Source: an uncultured delta proteobacterium (GTDB lineage: Bacteria > Desulfobacterota > Binatia > UTPRO1). From it: a stretch of DNA of 64,000 nucleotides. The DNA lies in NCBI GenBank assembly GCA_963774015.1, contig CAVZDH010000011.1:96573-160572 (forward strand), in the 5' to 3' direction. Shown here piece after piece: positions 9,283 through 18,813 of the stretch. A model generated the notes under the pieces. That model saw nothing but the letters and a program-made list of their open reading frames with translations. It did no database searches and was not told where the DNA came from. Both the position numbers and the translations under genes were made by a program. How positions within the stretch are numbered: the first letter of the stretch is position 1; every line of letters starts with the position of its first letter.

Positions 9283-11496
9283 TCACCCGGACGCGATCCC
9301 CGACCAGCTGTCCGGCGCGAGCGGGCCGGCGGCGGGACGTACGTCGACCGGAATGCCGGTGAGATGCGCCATGCCGGAGAGCGGCTCGAGGCTCCCTGGA
9401 CCATCGGCGGCAAGCAGGTTGGCGTTGACGCCGCGCACGCGGCTCGCGACGCCGAGGCCGGTCGCGTGCTGGTGGCCCCAGCCGTGCGGCAGGGCGACCG
9501 TGCCCGGCATGAGATCGGAAAGCAGGCGGACGGGGACACGCACGGTCGCGGTCGCGGAGGTCACGTCGGCGACGTCGCCGTCGGCGAGACCGCAGCGCTC
9601 GGCGTCGGTCGGGTGCAGGTAGAGATAGTTGGTATCGCGACCTCGATCGACGAACTCCTCGGCGTTGTGGGTCCACGAGTTGTGGGTGTGGATCGCACGC
9701 TTGGTGATGAGCCGAAGGCGGCCGGCCAACGCCAGCTCGCGCCCGAGCTCGTCGTCGAGGCGAGAAGCCATCGCGAGGACGTCGGGCGGCGCCAGATGCA
9801 CGCGACCGTCGTCGGTCACGACGCGCTGCCCGAGGAAGTCGTCGGGCCGATGCTCCGGACGCGGGGCGCCGTGGGGCCGCGCGAGCAGCCCCTTGAAGCC
9901 GCCCTGACGGGTCGCCCGCAGCAGCAACGACAGCAAGAGCTCCTGCGGCACCGAGCGCGGCGTGCCGCGCCGGAGGCCGTGCAGGCGCGTCGCCGTCTCG
10001 AGCAGCCGTTGCGCGACCGCCGAGCCGAAGAGATTCACCCCCGCCGCGCGGCAGAGATCGAGATAGATCGTCGCCTCGTCGCGCTGCTCGCCGTCGGGCG
10101 CGACGACGCGCTTCGTCGCCTGGAGGTAGGGACGTGATTGCAGCCCGAGCAGCAACGGAAAGATGAACGGCAGGTCGGCACGCTCGAACGGCGTCGTGCA
10201 CGGCAGCACGTAGTGCGCGAGCGACGCCGTCTCGTTCCGGAAGATGTCGAGCACGACGAGGAGCTCGAGCTCGCGGAGCGCGTCGCGGAGACGCGCCGAG
10301 TTGGGCATCGTGATGAGCGGATTCCCGCCGGTCACGAAGAGCGCGCGGACCTGCCGTGCACCTTGCGTCAGAATCTCGTCGGCGAGGACGCCGCCCGGAA
10401 ACGCGTCGTTCACCGACGGAAAGTCGCCGATGCGCGAACGGTCGGAGCGGAGCAGCGTGCCGCTCCTCTTGCCGAAGCGCGGGAAGTCGATGACGCCGCG
10501 GCCGACGAGCGTCCCGCCCGCGCGGTCGAGATTGCCCGAGACGGCGTTGATGACCTCCTGGAGCCAAAACGCGAGCACGCCCCGCCCGCCCATGTTGACG
10601 CCCGTCGACGAGTAGAGCGCGGCGCCGTCCGCAGTCCGATACGCCTCGACGATGCGACGGAGCGTCGCAGGCTCGATGCCGGTGATCGTCGCGGTGCGCT
10701 CGGGCGGCCACGCGGCGACGACGCGCTCGACCTCGTCGAGCCCGCTCATGAAACGCGCGACGCGTTCCCGATCGACGCCGCCGGCGGCGATGAGCTCGTG
10801 CAGAAAGGCCGCGAAAAAGAACACGTCGGTGCCGGGGCGAATGAAGACGTGCTCACCGGCGACCTTCGCCGTCTCGGTGCGCCGCGGGTCGACGACGAAC
10901 ACCCGCCCGCCGCGACGTTCGATGTCCTTGAGGCGCTTCGCCGGATTCGAGACCTGCAGGAAGCTCCATTTCGAGATCACCGGGTTCGCCCCGACGATGA
11001 CGAGGCACTGCGTCCGATCGACGTCGGGAAAGGGCTGCGTGAACGGAAACCCGTACACGTGCCGCGCGACCGCGAACTTGCTCGAGCAATCCTGGGTCGC
11101 GGACGAGTACATGCCGCGCGCCCCGAGCCCGGTCATGAACCCCTGCGCGAAGATGGGATGGAGGATGCTGAAGCCCGCCGCCGTCCCGACGTACATCGCG
11201 ATCGCGTCGGCGCCGCGCCCGCCGAGGAGCTCGCGCAGCTTGGCGCCGATCTCGCCGAGCGCCTGGTCCCACGCGATGCGCTGCCAGTCGTTCCCGACGC
11301 GCTTCATCGGGAAGCGCAGGCGATCGGGCGAGTCGTAGAGGCGATGCTGCTGCAGCCCTTTCACGCACGCGAAGCCCTCGGTCGCGACGTGGTCCGGATC
11401 GGGATCGATGTGCCGGACCGCGCCGCCGTCGACGGTGACCCGGAGGCCGCAGAGCGCCTCGCAGATGCGGCAGAAGGTCGTGACGGTCTCGGCCAT
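9283..11496 (-). CDS. molybdopterin-dependent oxidoreductase (formate-dehydrogenase-like catalytic subunit family)
   Basis: N-terminal 4Fe-4S motif FCRICEALCGL...FACVKG, then molybdopterin oxidoreductase and C-terminal MoCo dinucleotide-binding regions. ATG at 11496 (MAETVTTF). Confidence 0.9.
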   Translation of the reverse strand: MAETVTTFCRICEALCGLRVTVDGGAVRHIDPDPDHVATEGFACVKGLQQHRLYDSPDRLRFPMKRVGNDWQRIAWDQALGEIGAKLRELLGGRGADAIAMYVGTAAGFSILHPIFAQGFMTGLGARGMYSSATQDCSSKFAVARHVYGFPFTQPFPDVDRTQCLVIVGANPVISKWSFLQVSNPAKRLKDIERRGGRVFVVDPRRTETAKVAGEHVFIRPGTDVFFFAAFLHELIAAGGVDRERVARFMSGLDEVERVVAAWPPERTATITGIEPATLRRIVEAYRTADGAALYSSTGVNMGGRGVLAFWLQEVINAVSGNLDRAGGTLVGRGVIDFPRFGKRSGTLLRSDRSRIGDFPSVNDAFPGGVLADEILTQGARQVRALFVTGGNPLITMPNSARLRDALRELELLVVLDIFRNETASLAHYVLPCTTPFERADLPFIFPLLLGLQSRPYLQATKRVVAPDGEQRDEATIYLDLCRAAGVNLFGSAVAQRLLETATRLHGLRRGTPRSVPQELLLSLLLRATRQGGFKGLLARPHGAPRPEHRPDDFLGQRVVTDDGRVHLAPPDVLAMASRLDDELGRELALAGRLRLITKRAIHTHNSWTHNAEEFVDRGRDTNYLYLHPTDAERCGLADGDVADVTSATATVRVPVRLLSDLMPGTVALPHGWGHQHATGLGVASRVRGVNANLLAADGPGSLEPLSGMAHLTGIPVDVRPAAGPLAPDSWSGIASG

Positions 11497-11535
11497 CGCG
11501 CCCTGGCGTAGCGGGCCGCGCCGGATCCGGTCAAT

Positions 11536-11560
11536 GGGAAACCGGCCGGGGAAACCGGCC
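11536..11560. repeat. tandem 12-nt direct repeat GGGAAACCGGCC x2 (1-nt spacer)
   Basis: Read directly in the divergent intergenic region between the oxidoreductase and the MAPEG gene. It also forms a GGCCGG/CCGGCC hairpin. Confidence 0.8.
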
Positions 11561-11562
11561 TG

Positions 11563-11592
11563 TTGACCCGACCCGAGCCCGCCAGCTAAACG
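11563..11592 (+). promoter_or_regulatory. candidate sigma-70 promoter TTGACC-N18-TAAACG for the MAPEG gene
   Basis: The -10-like hexamer ends 7 nt before ATG 11600 and no SD is visible, so the mRNA may be leaderless. Confidence 0.25.
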
Positions 11593-11599
11593 CGCGCCG

Positions 11600-12046
11600 A
11601 TGGATACCTTCGTCGCCAATCCCGCCTTCCGCACCTACGCCCTTTGCTGCGCGATCCTCGGCGTCAAGATGCTCTACTCGAGCGTCTACACCGGAACACG
11701 GCGACAGAAGCATCACGGGTTCATCAACCAAGAAGACGCGGCCGTCTTCGGCCCCGCGGGAGCCGCGGCGCTGCCGCAGGAAGCCCCCGAGGTCGCGCAC
11801 GCGCTCCGCATCCAACGGAACGACCTCGAGAGCATCCCGCTCTTCTTCGCGATCGGGCTGCTCTACGTGCTGACCGGGGCATCGCCCTTCGGGGCCAAGG
11901 TCTTCTGCTGGACGTACACGCTCGCACGGCTCGCGCACACGTACTTCTATCAGAACCACATCCAGCCGTGGCGAGCGGTGAGCTTCGTCATCGGTGCGTC
12001 GGCGACGGCGCTGATGGCGTTGCGGATCATGTGGACCGTTCTCTGA
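11600..12046 (+). CDS. MAPEG family membrane protein (microsomal GST-like)
   Basis: 148 aa with 4 TM helices. RIQRNDLESIPLFF resembles the MGST1 signature RRAHLNDLENI. Confidence 0.75.
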   Translation: MDTFVANPAFRTYALCCAILGVKMLYSSVYTGTRRQKHHGFINQEDAAVFGPAGAAALPQEAPEVAHALRIQRNDLESIPLFFAIGLLYVLTGASPFGAKVFCWTYTLARLAHTYFYQNHIQPWRAVSFVIGASATALMALRIMWTVL

Positions 12047-12109
12047 TCCGGGCCGATCCGTGGCCGCGCTCGACTACCTCGCCCTGCCCATGACCAAGGT
12101 CCGCGAGCG

Positions 12110-13315
12110 GTGAGCTCCGCGTCCGTGGATCCGCGCTCGGCGCCCGAGGACGTCTGGGCGCCCCTCAACGACCCCGCGTTCTGGTCCGGCGACCCGACCG
12201 CGCACTTCGCGCGGCTGCGCCGCGAGGCGCCCATCGTGTGGAATCCCGTCTTCGGCTACTGGGCGCTCGCGCGTCACGCCGACGTCATGACCGTGTCGCG
12301 CGACTCCTCCACCTTCTGCTCGGCGAAGGGCATCCTCGCGATGGAGATCGGCGTCACCTATCCGTTCCCGCCGACGATGATGCACACCGATCCGCCGGAG
12401 CACTCGCGCTACCGGAAGCTCGTGCAACCCGGCTTCGCCCCGCGTGTGATGCGCGCGCTCGAGACGCGGGTCCGCGAGCGGGCGGCGGCTTTCGTCGAGC
12501 GGCTGACGGCGGGCAGCGTCGTGGACTTCGCCGAGGCGGTCGCGATTCCGTTCCCGGTCGCGATCATCCGCGAGCTCCTCGGTCTCGAGGACGTCGACGA
12601 CGCACGCGTGCTGCGCTGGTCGGATGCCGCGATTCCCGGCTCCTCACCGATGACGTGGGAGGAGATCGAAGCGGCGCGCGAGGACCAGCGCGCGACGCTC
12701 CTCGCCACCACGATCGCGCGCCGCGGCACCGATGGCGACGACCTGACGACCGCGCTCGCGAACGCGGAAATCGACGGCGACCGTCTCAGCGACGACGAGA
12801 TCGTCATGTTCCAGAATCAACTGCTCGTCGCCGGCAACGAGACGACGCGCAACATGATCTCGGGCGGCATGGCCGCGCTCGCAACGCGTGCGGACGCGTG
12901 GGCGCAGCTGTGCGCGGAGCCGGCGCTCGCGGCGTCGGCGGTCGAGGAATGGCTGCGCTGGACCACGCCCGTCATCTCGTTCATGCGCACCGCCACGCGC
13001 GCGACCACGCTCGGCGGCGTCGCCATCGCCGCGGGCGAACCGGTGTTGATGCTCTACGCCTCGGCGAACCGCGACGAGGACGTCTTCGGCCCGACCGCCA
13101 CGGACTTCCGCGTCGACCGCACCCCCAACCCGCACGTCGCCTTCGGCTTCGGCCCCCATTTCTGCCTCGGCGCCGCCCTCGCCCGCCTCGAAGGCCGCGC
13201 CCTCCTCGAGGAGCTTCTCGCTCGCTTCCAGACCGTCGAGCTCGCCGGCGACGTCGTACGCACCGAGTCCTCCGTCATCGCCGGCATCCGCTCCCTCCCG
13301 CTCCTCCTGCGCTGA
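12110..13315 (+). CDS. cytochrome P450
   Basis: Haem-thiolate loop FGFGPHFCLGAALARLE, I-helix AGNETT, and length of 401 aa. Confidence 0.93.
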   Translation: MSSASVDPRSAPEDVWAPLNDPAFWSGDPTAHFARLRREAPIVWNPVFGYWALARHADVMTVSRDSSTFCSAKGILAMEIGVTYPFPPTMMHTDPPEHSRYRKLVQPGFAPRVMRALETRVRERAAAFVERLTAGSVVDFAEAVAIPFPVAIIRELLGLEDVDDARVLRWSDAAIPGSSPMTWEEIEAAREDQRATLLATTIARRGTDGDDLTTALANAEIDGDRLSDDEIVMFQNQLLVAGNETTRNMISGGMAALATRADAWAQLCAEPALAASAVEEWLRWTTPVISFMRTATRATTLGGVAIAAGEPVLMLYASANRDEDVFGPTATDFRVDRTPNPHVAFGFGPHFCLGAALARLEGRALLEELLARFQTVELAGDVVRTESSVIAGIRSLPLLLR

Positions 13316-13328
13316 TCCCTCAGCACCC

Positions 13329-14432
13329 TCACGCGACGACGGTGCGGAGATTGGGATCCTTCCGAATCTTCCAAATGTACCCGTCCACGATGAAGTGGTG
13401 GATGTTGATGGCCGCGATCACCATGTAGACGCTCTCGACCCGGCCGTAGCCGGCCCACATGAAGGCGCGCGGCCAGCACTGGAAGAGGCCGTAGCCGAGC
13501 GCGATGCACACGACGAGCAGCCAGCCGACGTGGTACGCGCGGCCGTGGCGGTTGTCGGAACGCTGCATCCGATCCTCGCTGTGAAAGATCGCCACGATGC
13601 CGAGGTATTGCACGCCGTGCAGGATCGTCGCCCACACGACGGCGTCCCAGTAGGAGAAGAGCACCCACCAGCTCGCGTTGCTGAGCATCAATACGAGCGC
13701 GAGGATCGGCAGCGTGGCGCGCGCGCTGCCGTCCGCCGCCGTACGCGTGTCGGCACGGCGGACGAACCAGGCGAAGAGCACGATCGGCGCGGCGAGGCTC
13801 AGCCAGTCGAGCGCCGTGAGGAGCCCGCTCAGCGCGGCGTAGCGCGACGGCGTGCCGACGAGCGTACCGTACGGCACGACCCAGCCGAGCCCATGGCCGA
13901 AGGGCGCGCCGCCGACGAACGCGCGCGCGAACGGCAGGAGACACACGGCGCGCAGGAGCGACCGCTCGCGCTCGTCGAAACGACAACCGGAGCGATACGA
14001 GTACATCGTCGCGAGGCCGAACGTCTGCGCGGCGTAGTGGTACGGCGACCACGTGAGGTAGAGCGCCTGGAAGTGCTTGCCGACGGTGCCGGCGAACACG
14101 ACGAGCAACGCGACGACCGCGAAGGTCACCAGCGGAAACCCCATCGTCAGAAACGGCAGGTCGCGGAACGTATCGGCCTTCGTATAAAGCCGCACGGTCG
14201 ACGCGGCGAAGTGCGCCTGATTGCAGAAGAGAAAGATCACGGGCGCCGCGACCCCGAGGAACGCAGCCGCCGATCCCGCGCGCAGCGTCGCGAACAGCGC
14301 GACGGGGACCGTGAGCAGGCCGCCGATCACGAACAAGTCGAACGCCGGATGCACGAACGTACGCCCGATGGCGAAGCGCGGACGTCCGATGCCGGTGGCG
14401 ACGGCGGTCTCGAGCGACGGCACGGGAACCAT
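13329..14432 (-). CDS. polytopic membrane protein (about 10 TM) with conserved-looking intramembrane His motifs; function unknown
   Basis: ATG at 14432 (MVPVPSLE) within track ORF 13329..15047. Motifs NQAHF, WSPYHYAAQ, ILHGVQY and NIHHFIVDGYIWK. Confidence 0.75.
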   Translation of the reverse strand: MVPVPSLETAVATGIGRPRFAIGRTFVHPAFDLFVIGGLLTVPVALFATLRAGSAAAFLGVAAPVIFLFCNQAHFAASTVRLYTKADTFRDLPFLTMGFPLVTFAVVALLVVFAGTVGKHFQALYLTWSPYHYAAQTFGLATMYSYRSGCRFDERERSLLRAVCLLPFARAFVGGAPFGHGLGWVVPYGTLVGTPSRYAALSGLLTALDWLSLAAPIVLFAWFVRRADTRTAADGSARATLPILALVLMLSNASWWVLFSYWDAVVWATILHGVQYLGIVAIFHSEDRMQRSDNRHGRAYHVGWLLVVCIALGYGLFQCWPRAFMWAGYGRVESVYMVIAAINIHHFIVDGYIWKIRKDPNLRTVVA

Positions 14433-14436
14433 GACG

Positions 14437-14892
14437 CTAGAGACCGACGCCCCGGCGGAAATCGGGCGGAAACGTGACGCCATGCTGCTCGGCGACGCGC
14501 GCGCGCGCCAGTGCCAGCTCGCGCGAGCCCGTCGACCAATAGAGGAGCGCGAGCTGCTCGTATGCCTCGGCCGGCACCGGCGTGGTGGAGCACGCACGCT
14601 CGTACGCCGCGATCGCGCCGGGCGCGTCCCCGGTCGTCTGGAGGAATCGTCCAAGACGCATCCACCCGTCGGCCTTCGCGGGTTGGAGGGCGGCGTACAT
14701 CCGGAGCTGCCGCGCCGCGACGTCGTTGTCCCCGCGCGCGGACGCGTCACGTGCTTGCGCGAGCTCGTCGTACGGCAGCTCGGGAAGGCGCTTGCCGTCC
14801 CGCCACGCATCGACGATCCCGAGCGCGACGGCGAGGGCGAAGGCCGCCGTACCGACGACGAACGCGATACGGTACGGCCGGCGCGCGAGCAT
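14437..14892 (-). CDS. membrane-anchored TPR repeat protein
   Basis: MLARRPYRIAFVVGTAAFALAVALGIV anchor, then TPR-like helices. The stop at 14437 lies 4 nt before the next gene's ATG. Confidence 0.7.
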   Translation of the reverse strand: MLARRPYRIAFVVGTAAFALAVALGIVDAWRDGKRLPELPYDELAQARDASARGDNDVAARQLRMYAALQPAKADGWMRLGRFLQTTGDAPGAIAAYERACSTTPVPAEAYEQLALLYWSTGSRELALARARVAEQHGVTFPPDFRRGVGL

Positions 14893-14980
14893 CGCGAGAC
14901 TATAGCCCGCCGTCCGGCGGACACCCAAGCAGCTTTTCCGCGCCTGCGGTCCCACGCAGGACCGCGCCGTTCCGCGCGCC

Positions 14981-15766
14981 TCAGCCCCCGGCGTCCTCGA
15001 CGCACGGGGTGGCGCTCGCGAACAATCGCCCCTCCGCATCGACGCACGCGTACGCCGTACGTCCGGTCGCGAGGGGCACCGAGCGCACGCCGCCCGTCGC
15101 ATCGACCGTGAACCCCGGCGTCGCGAGCGCGGCATCGCTGAAACGCGCTTCGCGAAGATCGATGCCCGTCGTCACCTCGCCGAACCCCGGATGCACGCGC
15201 ACGAGCGCCTCACTCACGGCCACACCGGGCGCATTCGAGTGGAACGCGATCCCCTCGCGAAACCCGCCCGGACCCGCGGACGTTCCGTTGAGAATGCCGA
15301 TCGCCACGTCGGAGCGCTTGGGGCCGATGGCGAACACGTCGAGACCCGTAACGGGCACGGTGCCGGCGGTCCCGAGATTCCCGACGTCGATCTCGAGCCC
15401 CTGGACGGCACCGCCGCGCATGTCGGAATGCGCGAAGGCCAAGACGTTCGCCGCCCACACCTGCCCGGCGTCCTCGTGCGCGTCCATGAGCGCGTAGATG
15501 GCCGCGCTGTCGTTCGCGGCGACCCGGTTCTCGGTCGCGACGGTGAGGGTGAAATGGCGCGTCCCGTCCTCCGGCACGCGTTCCGCGATCCCGAGCCCCG
15601 GCGTGATCTTCGGCGGCCCCGCCTCGGCGAGCTGCTCGACGAGCGATGCGCCGCCGAGCTCGATGAGCGTCGCCGCGGCCTGAATCGCGTCCCCGGCGCC
15701 GCCGCTCCCGCAGGCATACCCGAGCCCGGTCAGCACGATCGCCCCGGTGATCCGTCGCATGTCCAT
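14981..15766 (-). CDS. secreted hypothetical protein
   Basis: Signal-like N-terminus MDMRRITGAIVLTGLGYAC. 261 aa, Gly/Ala-rich but non-repetitive. Same strand as the TPR gene. Confidence 0.65.
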   Translation of the reverse strand: MDMRRITGAIVLTGLGYACGSGGAGDAIQAAATLIELGGASLVEQLAEAGPPKITPGLGIAERVPEDGTRHFTLTVATENRVAANDSAAIYALMDAHEDAGQVWAANVLAFAHSDMRGGAVQGLEIDVGNLGTAGTVPVTGLDVFAIGPKRSDVAIGILNGTSAGPGGFREGIAFHSNAPGVAVSEALVRVHPGFGEVTTGIDLREARFSDAALATPGFTVDATGGVRSVPLATGRTAYACVDAEGRLFASATPCVEDAGG

Positions 15767-15811
15767 GCGGTCGCCCTCCTCACGAGCAGCGACGGTCGAG
15801 CGCCGCCGTTC

Positions 15812-16660
15812 TTACACGGGGGGCGCGAAGGTGGGATTGCGGCCGAGGCGGATGTCCTCGAATCGCGTCTCGGCGCTTCGGCGCCACGCATCCGCGTCCG
15901 AGAGCACGTAGAAGCGTTCTTCCTTCACGGCGCGCAGCACGCGGTCGGCGATCACCCGGGTCGGAATGCCGCCCGCGACCGCCGCGCGGATCGCGCCGTT
16001 CACGAGCTCGACGTCGGGCGGGGTCGCCGCCGCGGACGGGCGCAACTCGAGCGGCCGATTGCGCTCGCAGTCGTCGATGCGGGTCGCCACCGCCTCGGGA
16101 CAAAGAGCCGAGACGCCGATCTTCGCGCCCGTACCGCGGAGCTCGTGGTAGAGCACCTCGCTGAAAGCGAGGACCGCGTGCTTGCTCATGTGGTAGGCGG
16201 CGGCGTACGGATTCGCCGTGAGCGCCGCCATCGACGCGGTGTTCACGACGTGCCCTTCCTCGCCGCGCTCGAGCATGATCGGCACGAAGGTCCGAACGCC
16301 GTGGATGACGCCCCACATGTTCACGCCGAGGACCCACTCGTAGTCCGCGAGCGGCTGGCTCCACGAGAGCCCGCCCGCGAACACGCCCGCGTTGTTGCAG
16401 ACGACGTGCACGCCGCCGAAGGCCGCGAGCGTCCGCGTCGCGAGCCGGTCGACCTCCGTGGGCTTCGTGACGTCGGTCTCGACGGCCAGCACCTCGACGC
16501 CGGCGGCGCCGATCTCCCGCGCCGTCGCCGCGAGCGCGTCGGGCTCGACGTCCGCGAGCACGACCTTCATGCCTTCGCGCCCGAAGGTCTCCGCGAGCGC
16601 GCGGCCGATCCCGCTCGCGCCTCCGGTCACCACCGCGACTCTTCCTTGCAATCGTTCCAT
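15812..16660 (-). CDS. short-chain dehydrogenase/reductase
   Basis: TGGASGIGRA, NNAG and YHMSKHA (YxxxK). ATG at 16660 within track ORF 15812..17635. Confidence 0.92.
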   Translation of the reverse strand: MERLQGRVAVVTGGASGIGRALAETFGREGMKVVLADVEPDALAATAREIGAAGVEVLAVETDVTKPTEVDRLATRTLAAFGGVHVVCNNAGVFAGGLSWSQPLADYEWVLGVNMWGVIHGVRTFVPIMLERGEEGHVVNTASMAALTANPYAAAYHMSKHAVLAFSEVLYHELRGTGAKIGVSALCPEAVATRIDDCERNRPLELRPSAAATPPDVELVNGAIRAAVAGGIPTRVIADRVLRAVKEERFYVLSDADAWRRSAETRFEDIRLGRNPTFAPPV

Positions 16661-16665
16661 GCCGT

Positions 16666-17760
16666 TCACCTGAAGGCGGGGAGCACGTGCTCGCCCATGA
16701 GACGGATCGACCGCATCACCTTCTCGTGCGGGATCTTGTAGGGGTTGACGAGACAGAGCAGCAGGTCGCAACCGGCGGCCTCGTAGCGCCGTGCGATCTC
16801 GATGCAGCGCGCGGGATCGCCGACGACCGCCGAGCCCGAGTCCTTCAGGAAGTCGAAGGTCAGGTGGTCCATCCCGCCGAGGTCGACGACGGTCTTGAGC
16901 TGCCCCGCGTACTGATAGCTGCCGAGCTCGCTCATCCAATCCGGCAGCGACGCGATGTGCCGCACCGCCGTCCGGACGTACCATGGAAACGATTCCGCGG
17001 CGTCGGCGAACGCCTCCGCGTCGGTCTCGGCGCAATGCACCATGGTGAAGGTCGCGGCCTGCTCGTTCTTGAACTTGCCGACGGGCTCGGTGCACTCGGC
17101 GAGGCCCTCGCGATAGAGCGCCAAGCGGTCTTTCAGATCCTCGGGCGGAACGCCGACCGTGAACGAGCAGAGCCCGAGCCCGTGTTTGCCGATCTCGCGA
17201 TGCCCGTCGGGACTGCTCGTCGCGCCCCACAGTGGCGGGTGCGGCTGCTGGAGCGGTCGCGGCAGGACACGGCGCGGCGCGCCCATCTGCCAATACTCGC
17301 CGTGCGCCTGGTAGAGATCCTCCGTCCACGCGCCGACGATGTGGCGGAGCGCCTCCGACCACTGCGCGCGGGTCGCGTGCGGGTCGACGTCGAAGCCCTC
17401 GAGCTCCGCGCGCGTCGACGACCGGCCGGTGCCGAGCTCGACGCGGCCGTTGCTCAAGAGATCGAGCACCGCGACCGACTCCGCGGTGCGGATCGGATGA
17501 TTGTAGGGCTTCGGGAGGAGCCGCACGCCGTAGCCGATCCGGATGCGCTCGGTCCGGGCCGCGATCGCGCCGTAGAGCACCTCCGGATTGGAGCAGTGCG
17601 AGTACTCCTCGAGGAAGTGATGCTCGACGCTCCACACGCTGTGGAAGCCGACCTCGTCGGCGAGGATCGCTTGCGCGAGCGTCGAGCGATAGGCCTCGAG
17701 CTCGCTGGTCGGGGTCCAGGGACGGGCGACGGGAATCTCGAAGAAGAGTCCGAACTTCAC
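16666..17760 (-). CDS. luciferase-like (LLM class) flavin-dependent oxidoreductase
   Basis: VKFGLFFEIP...HSVWSVEHHF is a typical LLM N-terminus. GTG at 17760 has GAGG 5 nt upstream. Confidence 0.88.
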   Translation of the reverse strand: MKFGLFFEIPVARPWTPTSELEAYRSTLAQAILADEVGFHSVWSVEHHFLEEYSHCSNPEVLYGAIAARTERIRIGYGVRLLPKPYNHPIRTAESVAVLDLLSNGRVELGTGRSSTRAELEGFDVDPHATRAQWSEALRHIVGAWTEDLYQAHGEYWQMGAPRRVLPRPLQQPHPPLWGATSSPDGHREIGKHGLGLCSFTVGVPPEDLKDRLALYREGLAECTEPVGKFKNEQAATFTMVHCAETDAEAFADAAESFPWYVRTAVRHIASLPDWMSELGSYQYAGQLKTVVDLGGMDHLTFDFLKDSGSAVVGDPARCIEIARRYEAAGCDLLLCLVNPYKIPHEKVMRSIRLMGEHVLPAFR

Positions 17761-17874
17761 CGCGGCCCTCGGCGATCGTGCGTGCTCATGGTGCCAGGCG
17801 CGTACGTCAATCGAGGCCGCGGGCGCAAGCCGCAGCGCATGGCCTCCGGCGGCGCACGGCCTGCGGTAGCATCG

Positions 17875-18792
17875 ATGCGCACGTCCCGCTATCGCCGACG
17901 CGTGGCGATCCTCGCAGCACCGGCCGCCGAGGTCGCGATCGACGAGCCCCTGGTTCGCAGGCTGCTGCGCGCCCAGCATGCCGATCTCGGGGAACGCCCG
18001 ATCCGCATCGTCGCGGAGGGCTTCGACAACGTGCTCGCGCGCCTCGGCGACGACCTCGTCGTACGCCTGCCACGACGGGCGCTCGCGGCGCCGTTGATCG
18101 AGCACGAGCAGCGCTGGCTTCCCGTCCTCGGCCGGCGGTTACCGCTGCCGATTCCGGTGCCGGTGCGGGTCGGCGGCGCCGGCGCGGGCTTTCCGTGGCG
18201 TTGGAGCGTATGCCCGTGGTTCGCCGGCACGAACGCCGCCGCCGTACCCCTCTCGTCGCCTGCGGCGGCGGCGGAGGCGCTCGCGGGCTTCGTCGCCGCC
18301 CTCCACGAGCCGGCGCCCGCGGATGCCCCCGCGAATCCCCTGCGCGGCGTGCCGCTCGCGACGCGTGACCGGGCGGTGCGATCGTCCCTCGACGTGCTCG
18401 GCACGACGGTCGACCAGGCCGCGCTACGCGCGCGCTGGGAGCGCGCCTGCGCGCTCCCGCCGTGGAACGGCGCGCCGCTCTGGCTGCACGGCGACTTGCA
18501 CCCTGGGAACGTGCTCGTACGCGACGGCTCGGTCGCGGCGGTGGTCGACTTCGGCGACCTCACGGCCGGCGATCCCGCGACCGACCTCGCGGTCGCGTGG
18601 ATGCTTTTCACGCCACCCGTCCGCGCACGCTTCCGCCGCGCCCTCGGCGGCGTCGACGCGACGACCTGGCAGCGCGCGGCCGGCAATGCGCTCGCCCACG
18701 GGCTCGCCTGTCTCGCCCGCTCGGCCGAGGCACCACTGCTGGCACGCATGGGACGACGAACGATCGCCGCCGTGCTCGCCGACGAGGGCTGA
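17875..18792 (+). CDS. aminoglycoside/phosphotransferase (APH) family kinase
   Basis: Catalytic loop HGDLHPGNVLV and VVDFGD. The start could also be ATG 17839. Confidence 0.85.
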   Translation: MRTSRYRRRVAILAAPAAEVAIDEPLVRRLLRAQHADLGERPIRIVAEGFDNVLARLGDDLVVRLPRRALAAPLIEHEQRWLPVLGRRLPLPIPVPVRVGGAGAGFPWRWSVCPWFAGTNAAAVPLSSPAAAAEALAGFVAALHEPAPADAPANPLRGVPLATRDRAVRSSLDVLGTTVDQAALRARWERACALPPWNGAPLWLHGDLHPGNVLVRDGSVAAVVDFGDLTAGDPATDLAVAWMLFTPPVRARFRRALGGVDATTWQRAAGNALAHGLACLARSAEAPLLARMGRRTIAAVLADEG

Positions 18793-18813
18793 CGCACTCC
18801 GGACGACGCGACC

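Noticed and set aside
9173-10711. 512-aa minus-strand ORF and the plus-strand ORFs over the same region
   Set aside because: They overlap the molybdopterin oxidoreductase, which has clear cofactor motifs. They have low complexity and no recognisable domains.
9283-11496. Selenocysteine (in-frame TGA) in the formate-dehydrogenase-like oxidoreductase
   Set aside because: The ORF is uninterrupted, and the active-site region reads SATQDCSSKF with Cys/Ser and no TGA.
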